64,000 nucleotides of DNA from the human T2T-CHM13v2.0 reference genome, Homo sapiens: the NCBI RefSeq assembly GCF_009914755.1, contig NC_060940.1, one strand, 5' to 3'. Each line of letters begins with the position of its first letter. Position 1 is the stretch's first letter. Below, one piece after another: positions 26,337-47,415 of the stretch. Made by a program: the position numbers and the translations under genes. The notes under the pieces are model-generated. The model had not been told where the DNA came from. It saw only the letters and a program-made list of their open reading frames with translations, and made no database searches.

Positions 26337-28829
26337 TCGCTGCAGGGGCATCTGAGACCACGAGGGGGTGTCCTGGGCCCTATGAACTGGGCTGCTCTCC
26401 GTGGCAGGGGCTGGTGGTGCTAAAGGCTGATTTTCTCTCAGCATCTGGGGCTGATTCATCAAGTTTCCTCAGAGAACCTTTCAGATTTACAATTCTGTAC
26501 TTACGTTTAATGTCTCTGAATGTGACACTTTCCTTCCCTGGTGTGTCTTTGTTTTTGTGACAGGAGGACACATTCTCACCTCCACAGAAGCCTGAGTGTC
26601 ACTTTGGGGACAGAAGTGTCCCTGCCCTGGTCACCAGAATCAGAGTCCTGAGGAAGCCCAGGGGAACCTGGGAAGTGTTTTTCAGTCAGACTCAGGGCAG
26701 GCGTCTCTGTGGGAATCTCTGATTGGAACAGGCTTTGGGATTCAGATTGGGACCAAGAGGGAGGCTCGCCCAGGGCCTGGGTCCTTAGAATCCTGACAGT
26801 TTTCACAGTAACCCCATCGTCCTTTAAAACTGAACATCTGACTCAGAACTGATCCATTTGGTCCTTTCTCTGCTAATCCATTTTCCTTTTCTCTAGGCTT
26901 CAGTCTTACACTTCCCTTTTCTCCTTTATTCTGAAAATGGAGGGTGTGCTTCCTGTGGTCTAAACCACAGGTCTCAGATGCATTACCTGGAACTCAGGTG
27001 TTGCTGTGGCTGTGGCTCCTAAGGACCTGGCAGGCTGAGGGATCTTTCTCATTTCCTGGTGCCTGGATGCCCCTGCTGTCTTCTATGCACAGATGCATTT
27101 GGGAAATGCAAGTGGACACTCATAGTCGTTTCCTCAAATGGGATACTGATATAGAGCTGATCTTCTGCTTCTCACCCTGTCACAGAGCCACCACCGTCTC
27201 TTGTGGACTTTTGGGAGAGCTGAGGATGGACACTTGATTGGGCTGTGAGCTCTGAACGATGGCAATTGTGAGATCTGGCTAGGCACAGCCAGAGCCAATG
27301 GAGCTGGCCATCCGGAAAGACAGGATGGAATTCCTGGGAAGTCCTACAGCTGCTGTCCACCATAGAGTTCCATTGTCTTCTCCTCTGCTAGGATTAAATC
27401 AGACCGACCAAGTTCATCTAGGACAATCTTCCTGACCTAGAGAAGTGATGACAGGCTTTAATAATACCTGTATTATACATCAGAGCAACACCTAGATTAG
27501 TGTTTGATTGAATAACTGAGACTATGTCCCAGTCAAGATGACACACAAAATCAATTATTACCATGATTAACATTTTACATTGATTAATATTTTAACACTA
27601 ATATTAATCAATGCAATATTGATTTAATATTAATTAATATTTTATATTTGACAATAGAATCAGACTTTGTTATAAATAATTTTGCAAAAATATGAGTATT
27701 ATCATTGGTCTTCTGAGCAGAAATCTCCAGTAGCCGATTAAGTGTGCATGCATTGGTCGAAGGAGGGCATCCACTCTTTTGAGGGAAAATGCATGGAGGG
27801 TAAATGAGCCTGGGGAAGCTGATGGCATATGATGGAAGCCTGTCCCTGAGTGAAGGAGAGAGGGAGACAGGATTGGTTGGAACTTTCTTACATTTCTGTG
27901 CTGTGCAAAGAAAGTCCAGATTATCATTGAGTCTCCTGCAAGACAAAGTTGCCCCTCAGGAAACCCCCATCACTCCCAGCAATGACTCTGACCCAGATGA
28001 GTGCAAGGCTCACTCTATTCCTGAGAATGGAGCACAGGATATGGGATTTAGCATGAGCCACGTCATGGACGTCAGAGAGCAGCAGCTGGGTGCATGATCC
28101 AAGTGTACGGTTCTGCCTGTAGGTGGAGGGAGGAAGGTGCATTCCCAGAGCTAACACACTGTGGATTTTTATACAGAATACATGTTTTCACCTGATTTAT
28201 TGGAAGGCATATGAAAAAATGGGCAGTCCACAAACAATTGTAATTTCCAGATTTACCACAATTGCATTATTTCTTCATTCTGCACGATGTCCGGGAACAG
28301 AGTTGCATTTTTCATGAGTATTGTTTCATGGATTGAGAACATGAATTTCACACCTGCACTTTTAGCCATGTGCAGAGACCTTGAGTAGAGCATGTCTGGA
28401 CCTCATCTACACTATCTCTCATGCCCCAAGGGAAAGAGTGGAGACTTGACTGACAGCAAACTTTGGGGAATTAATGAACGTTAATATTTTCTTATAGACT
28501 AATAAACATATTGGGCTAGAAGATCTACTCAATGGGAAAAGTAAGGTTTTAGTTATCCCTGTTGAAAGTTTTTTTTTTTTTCATTTATTTTGCTGCATTT
28601 GAAAAGCTGGTGATCTTAACATTGCCTATATTTTTAATAATCTTAAGATTTTTTAGTTTTTATGTTTTGTTAGGGATCAGGCAATGGAAGATGCATATTT
28701 ATAGATGAAACTTACAATATAAGGTAAATATTGACTTACTAATAGTTATGCGAGAATATTTATTTGATCCCAATTTTATATAGTTGAGTGTGTGAAGTTG
28801 CAGGTCAAGATAACTTGGAGTTTCAACAC

Positions 28830-29325
28830 CAAGTTTTATTCATGTGTTCATTCATGAACAGGATGCCTCCAATGTGGAGAAATTTACAATGAATAAGCAT
28901 GAATAGGACCTGGCCAGTGAGCTTTCAGTCTAGCAAGGAATGTAGAACAGGAACATAGCAACTCTAATCCAATGTAGAGAGAGAGACAATTTTAAATCCA
29001 ATTGAAAAATAAATAGCTGTGTTAGACTGAGGCCATCAAATAAAGCTTCATGCAATAAGTAGCAATAGGTCTTCAAAGATGACAGTTTAGCAAAAGGCAC
29101 AAAGATGAAAAGTGCAGAGCATTAAGTAGTGTATGGTTTAGTGTGCTGGAAATAACAGGTTGGACAAGAGTTGTGACTAGGATAAACAGCAAAAAGGATT
29201 TATGAGAGCCTGATGGCCACTAGTGACTGGGTAAGATGTGTACACTTTCTGTGCAGGAAAAGGGACAAAGCTTTTGAGCAGCAGAGAAACATGATCAGAG
29301 GGATGCATGAGGAAGGTCCTGAAAA
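28830..29325. mobile_element. Probable L2 fragments
   Basis: attcatgtgttcattcat...gagctttcagtctag and ttttgagcagcagagaaacatgatcaga motifs. Confidence 0.5.
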
Positions 29326-29595
29326 CCCTAATGAGTAATCTTGGTTAAACCATTTCACTATAACTCAAGTTTTGCATGTATATACTATAATAGAAACAAC
29401 ATTTGTGCTCTTCCCATATGTAGAGAGGTCAAAAGAAAATCTGTTCATATAATCTTCCAAGCCAGTCACAAAGACTAAGACAAAACACTTACATAAATAA
29501 AATTCATAAGATGAATTTTAAAAGATGAAAGATAGTCAATACATTTTATTTTATAACTTGGAAATTTAAACTCCTGAAAATATACCTTAATTTAA

Positions 29596-30237
<642 letters not shown>

Positions 30238-30504
30238 ATTATAATTGATAAAAAAATTCTGTAAATTTGCAGAATACAACACCTACATACAAAAATTGGT
30301 GGCATTGCTAAATGCAAACAGCAAAAAATCAATAAAGCATTTTGTTTATAATAGCTAAAAATTATATTTCATATTACCAAATAAGTGAAAGATTTCTAAA
30401 AGAAAACCAAAAATGATTGATAATAAAATATAAAGCAAACACACACAAATTGAAAATATATCTGAAATATTCCATGTTCATGGTTCAGAAAAATTAATAG
30501 TTAT

Positions 30505-37780
<7,276 letters not shown>

Positions 37781-38193
37781 TGATATGGTTTGCAACTTGT
37801 CCTGGCCTGAATCTCGTGTTGTATTATAACCCTCAATCCTGAAGCTGGGACCCAGTGGGAGAGGCTTGGGTCAGGGGGTGGGTCTTTCATGAATGGTTTA
37901 GCACCGACTCTTGGTGCTGTTCTCATAATATTGTGTGAGTTATCATAAGATCTGTTTGTCTAACTGTGTAGACCTCCCTCTCTTCCTGTGGCCCCTGCTC
38001 TGGCCATGTGACGTGTCTACTACTATTTGTCTTCTGCTATGGTTCTAACTTTCCTGAGTATCACCAGAAGGAGAAGCCACTACACTTCCTGTACAGTCTG
38101 CAGAAAAATGAGCCAATTAAGCATCTATTTTTTTGTTTCAAATTACTCAGTCTCAGGCATTTCTTTATAGCAGTGTGAGACTGGACTAACACA
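37781..38193 (+). mobile_element. MST/THE1 (MaLR) solo LTR
   Basis: tgatatggttt...ggactaacaca termini. Confidence 0.85.
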
Positions 38194-38297
38194 ATATCAA
38201 AACATGAAGTGGTGCACCTTAAACATATACATTTAAAAATATTTCAGTTGTACCTCAGTAAAACTGAAAAAAATAAAGTTACTTTTATAATAAATAA

Positions 38298-39990
38298 ATA
38301 CCATGCTCATGGATAGGAAGAATCAATATTGTTAAAATGGCCATACTGCCCAAAGCAATTTATACAGTCAATGCTATTCCCATCAAGCTACCATTGACTT
38401 TCTTCACAGAGCTAGAAAAAACTACCTTAAACTTCATATGAAACTAAAAACAGCCCGTATAGCCAAGACAGTCCTAAGCAAAAAGAACAAAGCTGAAGGC
38501 ATTATGCTACATGACTTCAAATTATACTATAAGGCTACAGTAACAAAAACAGCATGATACTGGTACCAAATCAGTTATATAGACCAATGGAACAGAACAG
38601 AGGCCTCAGAAATAACACCACACATCTACAACCATCTGATCTTCAACAAACCTGACAAAAACAAGCGATGGGGAAATGATCCCTATTTAATAAATGGTGC
38701 TGGGAAAACTGGGTAGCCATATGGAGAAAACTGAAACTGGATCCTTTCCTTACACCTTATACAAAAATTAACTCTAGATGCATTAAAGACTTAAATGTAA
38801 AACCTAAAACCACAAAAACCCTAGAAGAAAACATAGGCAGTATCATTCAGGACATAGGCATGGGCAAAGGCTTCATGACTAAAACACCAAAAGCAATTAC
38901 AACAAAAGCCAAAATTGACAAGCAGGATCTAATTAAACTAAAGAGCTTCTGCTCAGCAAAAGAAACTATCATCAGAATGAACAGGCAACCTACAGAATGG
39001 GAGAAAATTTTTGCAATCTATCCATCTGACAAAGTTCTAATATCCAGAATCTACAAGGAACTTGAACAAATTTACAAGAAAAAAAACCAAACAACCCCAT
39101 CAAAAAGTGGGTGAAGGACATGAACAGACACTTCTCAGAAAAAGACATTTATGCAGCTAACAAACATATGAAAAAAAAAGCTCATTATCACTGGTCATTA
39201 GGGAAATGCAAATCAAAATCACAATGAGACACCATCTCATGCCAGTTAGAATGTTGATCATTAAAAAGTCTGGAAACAACAGATGCTGGTGAGAATGTGG
39301 AGAAATAGGAACACTTTTACACTGTTGGGGGGAGTGTAAATCAGTTCAACCATTGTGGAAGACAGTGTGGAAATTCCTCAAGGATCTAGAACGAGAAATA
39401 CCATTTGACCCAGCAGTCCTATTACCGGGTATATACCCAAAGGGTTATAAATCATTCTACTATAAAGACACATGCACATGTATGTTTATTGCAGCACTAT
39501 TTACAATAGCAAAGATGTGGAACCAACTCAAATGTCCATCAATGATAGACTGGATGAAAAAATGTGGCATATGTACACCATGAACTACTATGCAGCCATA
39601 AAAAAGAATGATTTCAGGTCCTTTGCAGGGACATGGATGAAGCTGGAAGCCATCATCCTCAGCAAACTAACACAGGAACAGAAAACCAAACGCCACATGT
39701 TCTCACTCATAAGTGGGAGTTGAACAATGAGAACACATGGACACAAGGAGGGGAACATGACACACTGGGATGTGTCGGGGAGAAAAAGCATTAGGAAAGG
39801 GGAGGGAGAGCATTAGGACAAATACCTAATGCACGAGGTGCTTCAAACCTAGATGACAGATTGATAGGTGCAGCAAACCACCACGGCACATGTGTACTTA
39901 TGTAAGAAACCTACATGTTCAGCACATGTATCCCAGAACTTAAAGTAAAATTTAAAATAGAAATAAATAGTAATCAAAAATAAAAAAGAA
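38298..39990 (+). mobile_element. 5'-truncated L1PA 3' 1.7 kb
   Basis: ORF2 C-terminal peptides ([16 protein letters not shown]; EAIILSKLTQEQKTKRHMFSLISGS), 3'UTR, A-rich tail. Confidence 0.93.
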
Positions 39991-41845
39991 ATACATACTT
40001 CATATTTTCTTAACAAAAATGAAACAATATAGGAAAACCTACACTAATATATTTGAAACAGCTTTGCCTATAATATTCATAAAATGGAAACAAATTTAAA
40101 GTACATCAACAGGAAAATAAATCAAAATATTCTCATTTATTTACTTAATGCACTGACTCAGATATAAAATCTTTCTCCTTCCTCTCTCTCTCTCCATAAG
40201 TACATGAAAACTTTGAGGTTTCATATCAGAGTCAGTCTACGAATCGAATAAATGACAATATGTTGATCTAATTTTATACATTAAATAGTATGAATTAATC
40301 TCAAAAATATCAAAGCCCCTTTTGAAAAAAAGGTCTATAATGTTTGATTCCATTTATATAAAGTTCAAAACAGAAAATAAATGGATCTGTAGTGTCAGAA
40401 ATCAAAACGTTTCCCCTTGCAGGAGTTGACCGCAAGAACAGGGAAAACCCGCGATGTGGGGATGGACTTGCTCTTCAGCTACCTTAGGTATTGAGAACAA
40501 GGGTATTCACATTTGCCAGAAACTCTCTAGTGATACATTTCAGATCTATGCATATTTTATTATATGTAAATTTTATCTCATAAAAACAAAAAATAAACTG
40601 TAGAATAGTTTAAAATTCAGTAAATAATAAAATTAATATTAAAACCCTATCCAAAATATGAACATTATTATATGAATTAATAAAATGCATTCAAGTATAT
40701 GTACTAAAATTAAATCCCAGAAATCAAAAAGACAAAGGTAACATCTTAAACTTAATAATTGATATGCATGCATTTCATAGAGAAGAAAAAAAGTCAAGAC
40801 ATGAGGAACATATATTCCTTTTTTCCAATCAAATGTAATTAAATTATTTATACAATATTTTAACCTGTGTCATTAGTATAAATTACTAATATTTTGTGTG
40901 ATATTACAACTGATAACAACTTTTAAAGAAAAAAAAAGATGCTTGAGAGCACGCGAACTAAATTGAATGTATTCTCAAAGTTGGTCCAACTATTACACTT
41001 CAAAGTTCTAATAATACCCTGGTTTGAGTGGGACTTTGAAAAAATTAATTTTAAGAGATAAATTTAAAAAATAAACTGATAATCTGTAATAAAGAGAAAT
41101 CAGCATTCCATATCAGAGAAAAATGAAAATTTGCAATACATGTAAAATCCTGAGAAGAAACCTTGAAGCACGGAAAGGGTCTCATGTATAGTAGGTTGTA
41201 ATACGTCTATCGTTAAAATTATCACCTTTATGTTGTTTTGAAAAATTAAAGCTAAGCATAATGAAATTAATGTTTTTGTGCTCATCTGGTATAACAGCAT
41301 GTTGAGAAAATGGAAGAGCCCTGTAACCCTGAGGAGGTGGCTTAATCCAAGGAGAGGCATCAGATTTAAAAATATATAATTAAAATTTCATTGAAAATGG
41401 AGAAATTTTGGTTGTATACATTTATGGGGCACAAAGCTATGTTATGGTTTGTGAATGCAATATGGAATAATTGAATCGAGTTAATTCACATATATATTAC
41501 CTCAATTCGTCAAATCCTTATCTTTTTTGTGACAAGAACATTTGTAATTTTTTCTTGACTATTTTAAAATGACAAATACACTATGTTAAAGCTTAGAAAT
41601 AGACATCCATTTATGTAAACTATAGAGAACTGTTGAAATCAATTATAGATTACTCTAATTTATATTTAGCTCATCATTAAGTTTAATTCTTTAGAAAATA
41701 TTTTAGAATTATTTTGTTATAATGTTAAATATAAATGACTACACATGTATGTATAGGCTTGTGTATTTACACATATGTCTGCAGATGTAAATTAATGTCC
41801 CCATAGGTATGTAGTTGCTGGTATGGACAGACATTAATAAAACTA

Positions 41846-42135
<290 letters not shown>

Positions 42136-43394
42136 TATTTATAATATGAGCATGATTATATTGACAAATATAAAATAAAATATCGTAATGGCAACAATCA
42201 ATTTTACCTGTCACCTTGACTAGACCGTAGTCTCATCTATTCAATCACACAGTAGCCTAGGTGTTGCTCCCATGGCATAATACAGGTGTTAGTGGAGCCT
42301 GCCATTATTTTTTCCTAAGTCACGAAGAGTGTTCTAGATAATCTAGTTGGGACTGATTCAAAGACAGCATAACAGAAGACGATGGGGCTCCGTGGTGGAC
42401 GGCAGATGCAGATCTTCCCAGGAATTCCAGCCTGTCTTTCCCGAAGGCCAGTAGTATTGACCTTAAACTGCCTAGCCAGATTCTACAATTATTTTTACCC
42501 AGAGCTCACAGCACAATGGAGTGCCCATCCCCAGCTCTTCTCAAAGTCACAGGTGAGAGTCCAAACTCAGATAGTGTGAGAAGCACAAGATCAGCTCTAC
42601 ATCAATATCCCATTGGAGAAAACTAGTATTATTCCCTTCATGGCTAATGTCCACTACATTTTCCAAATGCCTCCATGCACAGAAGACAACAGGAGTGTCC
42701 AGACAATGGTGAGTGAGAAAGTCCCCTCAGCCTACCCAGGTCCTGCAGACCCAAGCCCTGGAATTTTGACTACAGAAAACACATCTTCTGTTTTCAGCGA
42801 AGAGAAGAAGAAAGGGAACTGTGAGAATCAAGTCTACAGAGATGGAAAATGGATCAGCAGAAAGAGGGTCAGCTGAATCAGTCTGAGTCAGATGGGCACA
42901 GTTTTACAAGTTGAGAGGGGATAGCTGTGAAAACCATCAGGTTTTAAGGACCCTGACCCTGGGTGAGCCTCTCTCTTGGCTCCCATCAGAGCTCAAGGCC
43001 TGTTCTAATCAGAGATTCCCATGGAGGTCTCTGCTCTGAGTCTAATTGGAAAACACTCTCCAGGTTTCCCTGAGATTCCTCAGGACTCTCATCCTGACCA
43101 TGAAAGGATTATTTCTGCCCCCAAAGTGACACGCTGGCTTCTGTGGAGGTGAGGGTGTTTCCTCTTGTTACAAAAACAAAGGAACAAAAAAAAAAAAACC
43201 GTTTTCCATTTAGAGACATCAAATGTTAGTATAGAATTGTAAATCTGGAGAAGTTCCCTGGGGAAATTTGACGATGAGGCTGCCCCAGGCCATGGCAGAA
43301 AGCCAGCCCTCAGCAGCACCTGCACCTGCCCTGGAGACAGCCCCGTGCACAGTGTCCTGGCGCCCCCTAGTCGTCTCTGGGACCCCTTCAGGGA

Positions 43395-43433
43395 GGTTTG
43401 TGCCTGGGCTCTCACTGACTTCCCCTCACTCTG
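43395..43433 (-). other. 23-RSS with defective heptamer (CAGAGTG-23-GCACAAACC)
   Basis: Heptamer 43427-43433 lacks the invariant CAC. The alternative CACAGAG gives a 25-nt spacer. Confidence 0.88.
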
Positions 43434-43883
43434 TGTTTCACACAGTAATACACAGCCGTGTCCTCGGCTCTCAGGCTGTTCATTTGCAGATACAGTGAGT
43501 TCTTGGCGTTGTCCCTGGAGATGGTGAATCGGCCCTTCACAGAGTCTGCGTAGTTTGTGTAACCACTATTACCACTAATGTATGAAACCCACTCCAGTCC
43601 CTTCCCTGGAGCCTGGCGGACCCAGCTCGTGTAGTGGTTACTGAAGGTGAATCCAGAGGCTGCACAGGAGAGTCTCAGGGACCCCCCAGGCTGTACCAAG
43701 CCTCCTCCAGACTCCACCAGCTGCACCTCACACTGGGCACTTGCAAACACAGAGACAACCTGGTCAGAAACTGCCACATATATTCACTGCTTATCTCACT
43801 CACGTCCTCTCAATGTCTCTAGTTCGCCATAAATCACCTTTTATAATAGCAACAAGGAAAACCCAGTTCAGCCCGAACTCCAT
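43434..43883 (-). pseudogene. IGHV3-11-like orphon (IGHV3/OR16-9/-8 group); open V exon but mutated splice acceptor; leader 43883-43838, V exon 43740-43434
   Basis: Leader MEFGLNWVFLVAIIK. V reads [66 protein letters not shown]...YYCVK. Acceptor reads tttgcAA|gtgccc (43742-43741). Intact octamer 44010-44017. Confidence 0.88.
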
Positions 43884-45099
43884 GGTGAGTCCTCTGTGTT
43901 CAGTGCTGATCACCAGATGGAAATTCCTGGGAATTCTGGGGCTGGGGCTCTTCTCCCAGAGCTGCAGGGTCAGGGCTGGGCTGGTTTTTATCAGCAGACG
44001 GAGGGCCCTATTTGCATGTCTCCTACTATATAGCAAGCTCTGTGGTGGGACAGCTGAGGAGAGGGCAGTGCTCAGAGAAGATGAGAGCATCCCAGAAAAC
44101 ATTGGAGGTAATCCTATCTCTCAGGAAAATATAACTTCAGATTATGTGATTGTGCCTTGATGATCAATTAGCAGTCATCATCTTATTTAATGTTTACACA
44201 TTTGCAGAATATATTCAGTGCAAGTGTCAATGTTACATTTGTAGAGAAGATGAATTACATACATAACAGAGCAGTTGTGCAATGTGTCCAATATCACACA
44301 TCTGGCCAGAGTTAGCCCTATTACCTGTGTCTGTGCCTCTAAACACTGGAGGAGACTGCTCCCCTGAGACAGCTCCAGGGCGATGTGGGACATGCCTAGT
44401 GAGGTTTTCAGGATGTCCCACCTGTCATAACAACTTTATGTGACTTTGCTTTTTCTAGTGTTTACCTGAAATATGCAATCAGTGTTCACATGTGTGTATT
44501 TTCAGGAGTCCGTGATTATTCAAGTGTCAATATTCATCTCTTTCTTCCTCTTCCTCAGCCAATATACTCATTTTTTGTTACTGCTTTATTCAAAAATTCA
44601 ATCCATAGTGAATTCAAATTTATAGTGTACAATTTGGAAAATGTTGGTATATGTGTGCAGCCTTTGAATCAGCACTTCAATCATGCTATTAGCAATTAAA
44701 TTAACCTCTAATTTTTTTCTCTCACTTCCCTGTAATTTTATTTCACCATCTTGTTACTCTCACCACACTTTTCTCAGAAAAATTCAGATCTTCTCCATGT
44801 TAATTTAGAATAGTTGCATTTTCTACAATTTATACAAATGAAATCACAGGAGATTTACTGTGAATTCTTTAGCTTCCTACACTCAGCACAATTATTTGAT
44901 AATGTCCTCACATTCTTATGTGACTGAGGCATGCCTTGATTTCAATTGTTCATTGTATTTCAGTATATGAATATTTCTCAAATTGTTTAACAATGCACCA
45001 AATAGTGGATATTTGATATTTTGTCTTCGTTTCTGAATTTTATTTAGAAAGCAAATACTAAGCATGGGAATGTAAAAAAATTGAGAAAATGATCTTCTT

Positions 45100-47070
45100 C
45101 TGACCTCATTAATAAGAAACTTGAACAACTACGAAAAATGAACGCTTCAACATATCTGAGTTGATGTCACAGAGAAAAAAACCCTGAAATCTGAGAAATA
45201 GGGGCCTGCAGAGAGAACTAGGGTCCATTTATTAGAGTACCTGGAGCAGGTGCCACTCGTTGTATAGTATTGAAGATAGGAAAAAGCTAACCTGGAAATG
45301 TTTCATGAGTTGTTGAGGATGTATGTGCTAAGGGTGTGAGAGTGTGAAACTCCCGGCACTTGCAGGCTTTTCCTACAGAATTGGGGAAATCCCCAGACAA
45401 GTCACCCACCTGCTGTCCTGTGGTGTTGACTGGGGAGGAAGAATAGCAGCTGTGTTCAATGCTGAATCCCCCTTCACGATATGTGGGAGACATTTATTAA
45501 ATCTTGTGTCCTTCAGGCACTGGTAGAATCAACTAGAACACAAGGAAACAGAGGACACCAAGGAAACTCTACCCAGAATCACCTCCCATCTCTTTCCTGA
45601 GGAATGAAGTCCTGAGTCTGTGGGGTAAGGACAGTGGGTCAGAAGCTGAGGACACTGACGAAAAACCACTGTGGCTGGGAAGAGACACTCTGACTTGGAG
45701 AAGGGAAGGAACAGGAACACTTGGAAGACCATGCTTCAGAGCCACTCTCACCACCCATAGCTAAGAAGGAGGCTCGGTCCGAAGGTTGGAGAACATCCCC
45801 CTGTGTCCAAGCCCCTTCACCCCACAAACAATCACCAAGTAAAAGTGTCAGCAGGATGCACCTGCCACAGATGAAAGAGACAGGCTCTCTCTGGGGAGAG
45901 AAATGGGAAGAGCCAAACCGGGACACAAAAGTGGGTATCACTGGAGGAACCTGAACTTTTTGTGAACAGGAGAAGCTGACTTCAACTCTGATAGCCGTGG
46001 CAACCATACACTTGAAATCCAACCCTGACTAGATTCATAGAAATGTGGTTAATATAGGCCCAGCAGAATGTAATGTGTGATCGTCTCCATGAATAAAATA
46101 ATAAACACAAGAAAATAAATTACAAGTGAAATGCAAACTGGAATTCTACATGCATTACATTTTCATTAAAAGTGAAAGGCAAATAAAATTCTGTCATTAA
46201 AAAAAGATCTTGAGACAATTTATTGTCAGCACATTCATGCTTCAGTGCACATTTTAACAAACTTTCTCTGCTAGTAGCCATGTGATATACATTCAAAACA
46301 TAAATCTATACGAAGAAATTAAGACTACAAAATGAGAAAATCAAGATGAAGTGCAGTTTTTATCTTTGTAATTGCTATATTATATAACTGTAAAAGGAAT
46401 AAAAAATTACATATTTTATAGCATATGTAAGTGCAAACTGGGAATAAACAAGAAAGAGTGGTGAGAAGGAGGAATTCAAAGCACACAGTTACACTGTCTC
46501 TGTTCTTCATATCAAGGCCATCACAGTATCTGCATTAGAATCTAATTATATACAATTCTTATAGAATCTAATTATATACACTTCTTATACAATCTAATTA
46601 TATACAATTCTTATTGTAAACCTTATGGTAAACAATATAATATTTATAAAAGTGAATTAGATTATATGTTAATAGAGAAATAAACGTCATTGTGAAGTGC
46701 TAATTTAAACAAGATAACAGAAAAATAATATTAGTTTAAAAATAGAACTTACTATAGTTGATTTAAAAAAAACAAGCCCCAACTAGAAGCTATGTATTAG
46801 AAAATTACAGTACATATTCACAAATGTAAAAACTAAAGATGAGAAAACATGGATTATGAAAATGTTAACCAAAATAAATCTATAGTAGCTGTGTAAAGTT
46901 AAGAAAAAATAGACATCAAAAAAGACTTTTAGGACTTAACAGGGATATTACATAGGATAAAGTTACCAGTTTTTTAAAAGATGCCAAAAATACTTAACAA
47001 GTATAGAATAGATGAAGAATGCACCATTCTTTGTGATTTACAAAACAAACATGATAAAAGAAGTAAAGAT
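45100..47070 (+). mobile_element. Old L1 fragments (5'UTR/ORF1/ORF2-like), including a 26-bp x3 tandem repeat at ~46536-46613
   Basis: A-rich L1-like text. Repeat unit tagaatctaattatatacaattctta. Confidence 0.55.
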
Positions 47071-47091
47071 GTCAGTGAGACCGTGCACGTA

Positions 47092-47415
47092 ACGGTGCAT
47101 GTAAAAACTTCCCCTTGAATTTCTCCCTGTTGCCACCCACACCAACCCCAGGCCTGGAGTCTGCTGGCCCAAGCTGATGCTGCAATCTGTGAAGGTGAAT
47201 CCAGAGTCTTTGCAGGAGGGGCTCAGTGAACCGCTGGGCTGTACAATTTTTCCCCCTCAGACTCCACCAGTGAACTTCACATAGGACTTCTGCAAACACA
47301 GAGAGAATGGACTGAGAACAGCCGCATGTGGAGCAGCCCCAGCTGGACCTGATTCACAAGGGCCACTAATACTGAGGGTGATGAGAAGGGAAGCCCAGAT
47401 CAGTGCAGATCCCAC
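47092..47415 (-). pseudogene. 3'-truncated IGHV(III)-clan pseudogene (positionally IGHV(III)-11-1-like)
   Basis: Inverted homolog of 14663-14990. Start codon mutated to GTG, tttgcag acceptor, gaagttcactggtggagtc, tctggattcaccttcacag. Ends in CDR2 with no RSS. The same ~37-bp upstream tandem repeat lies at ~47910-48220. Confidence 0.85.
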
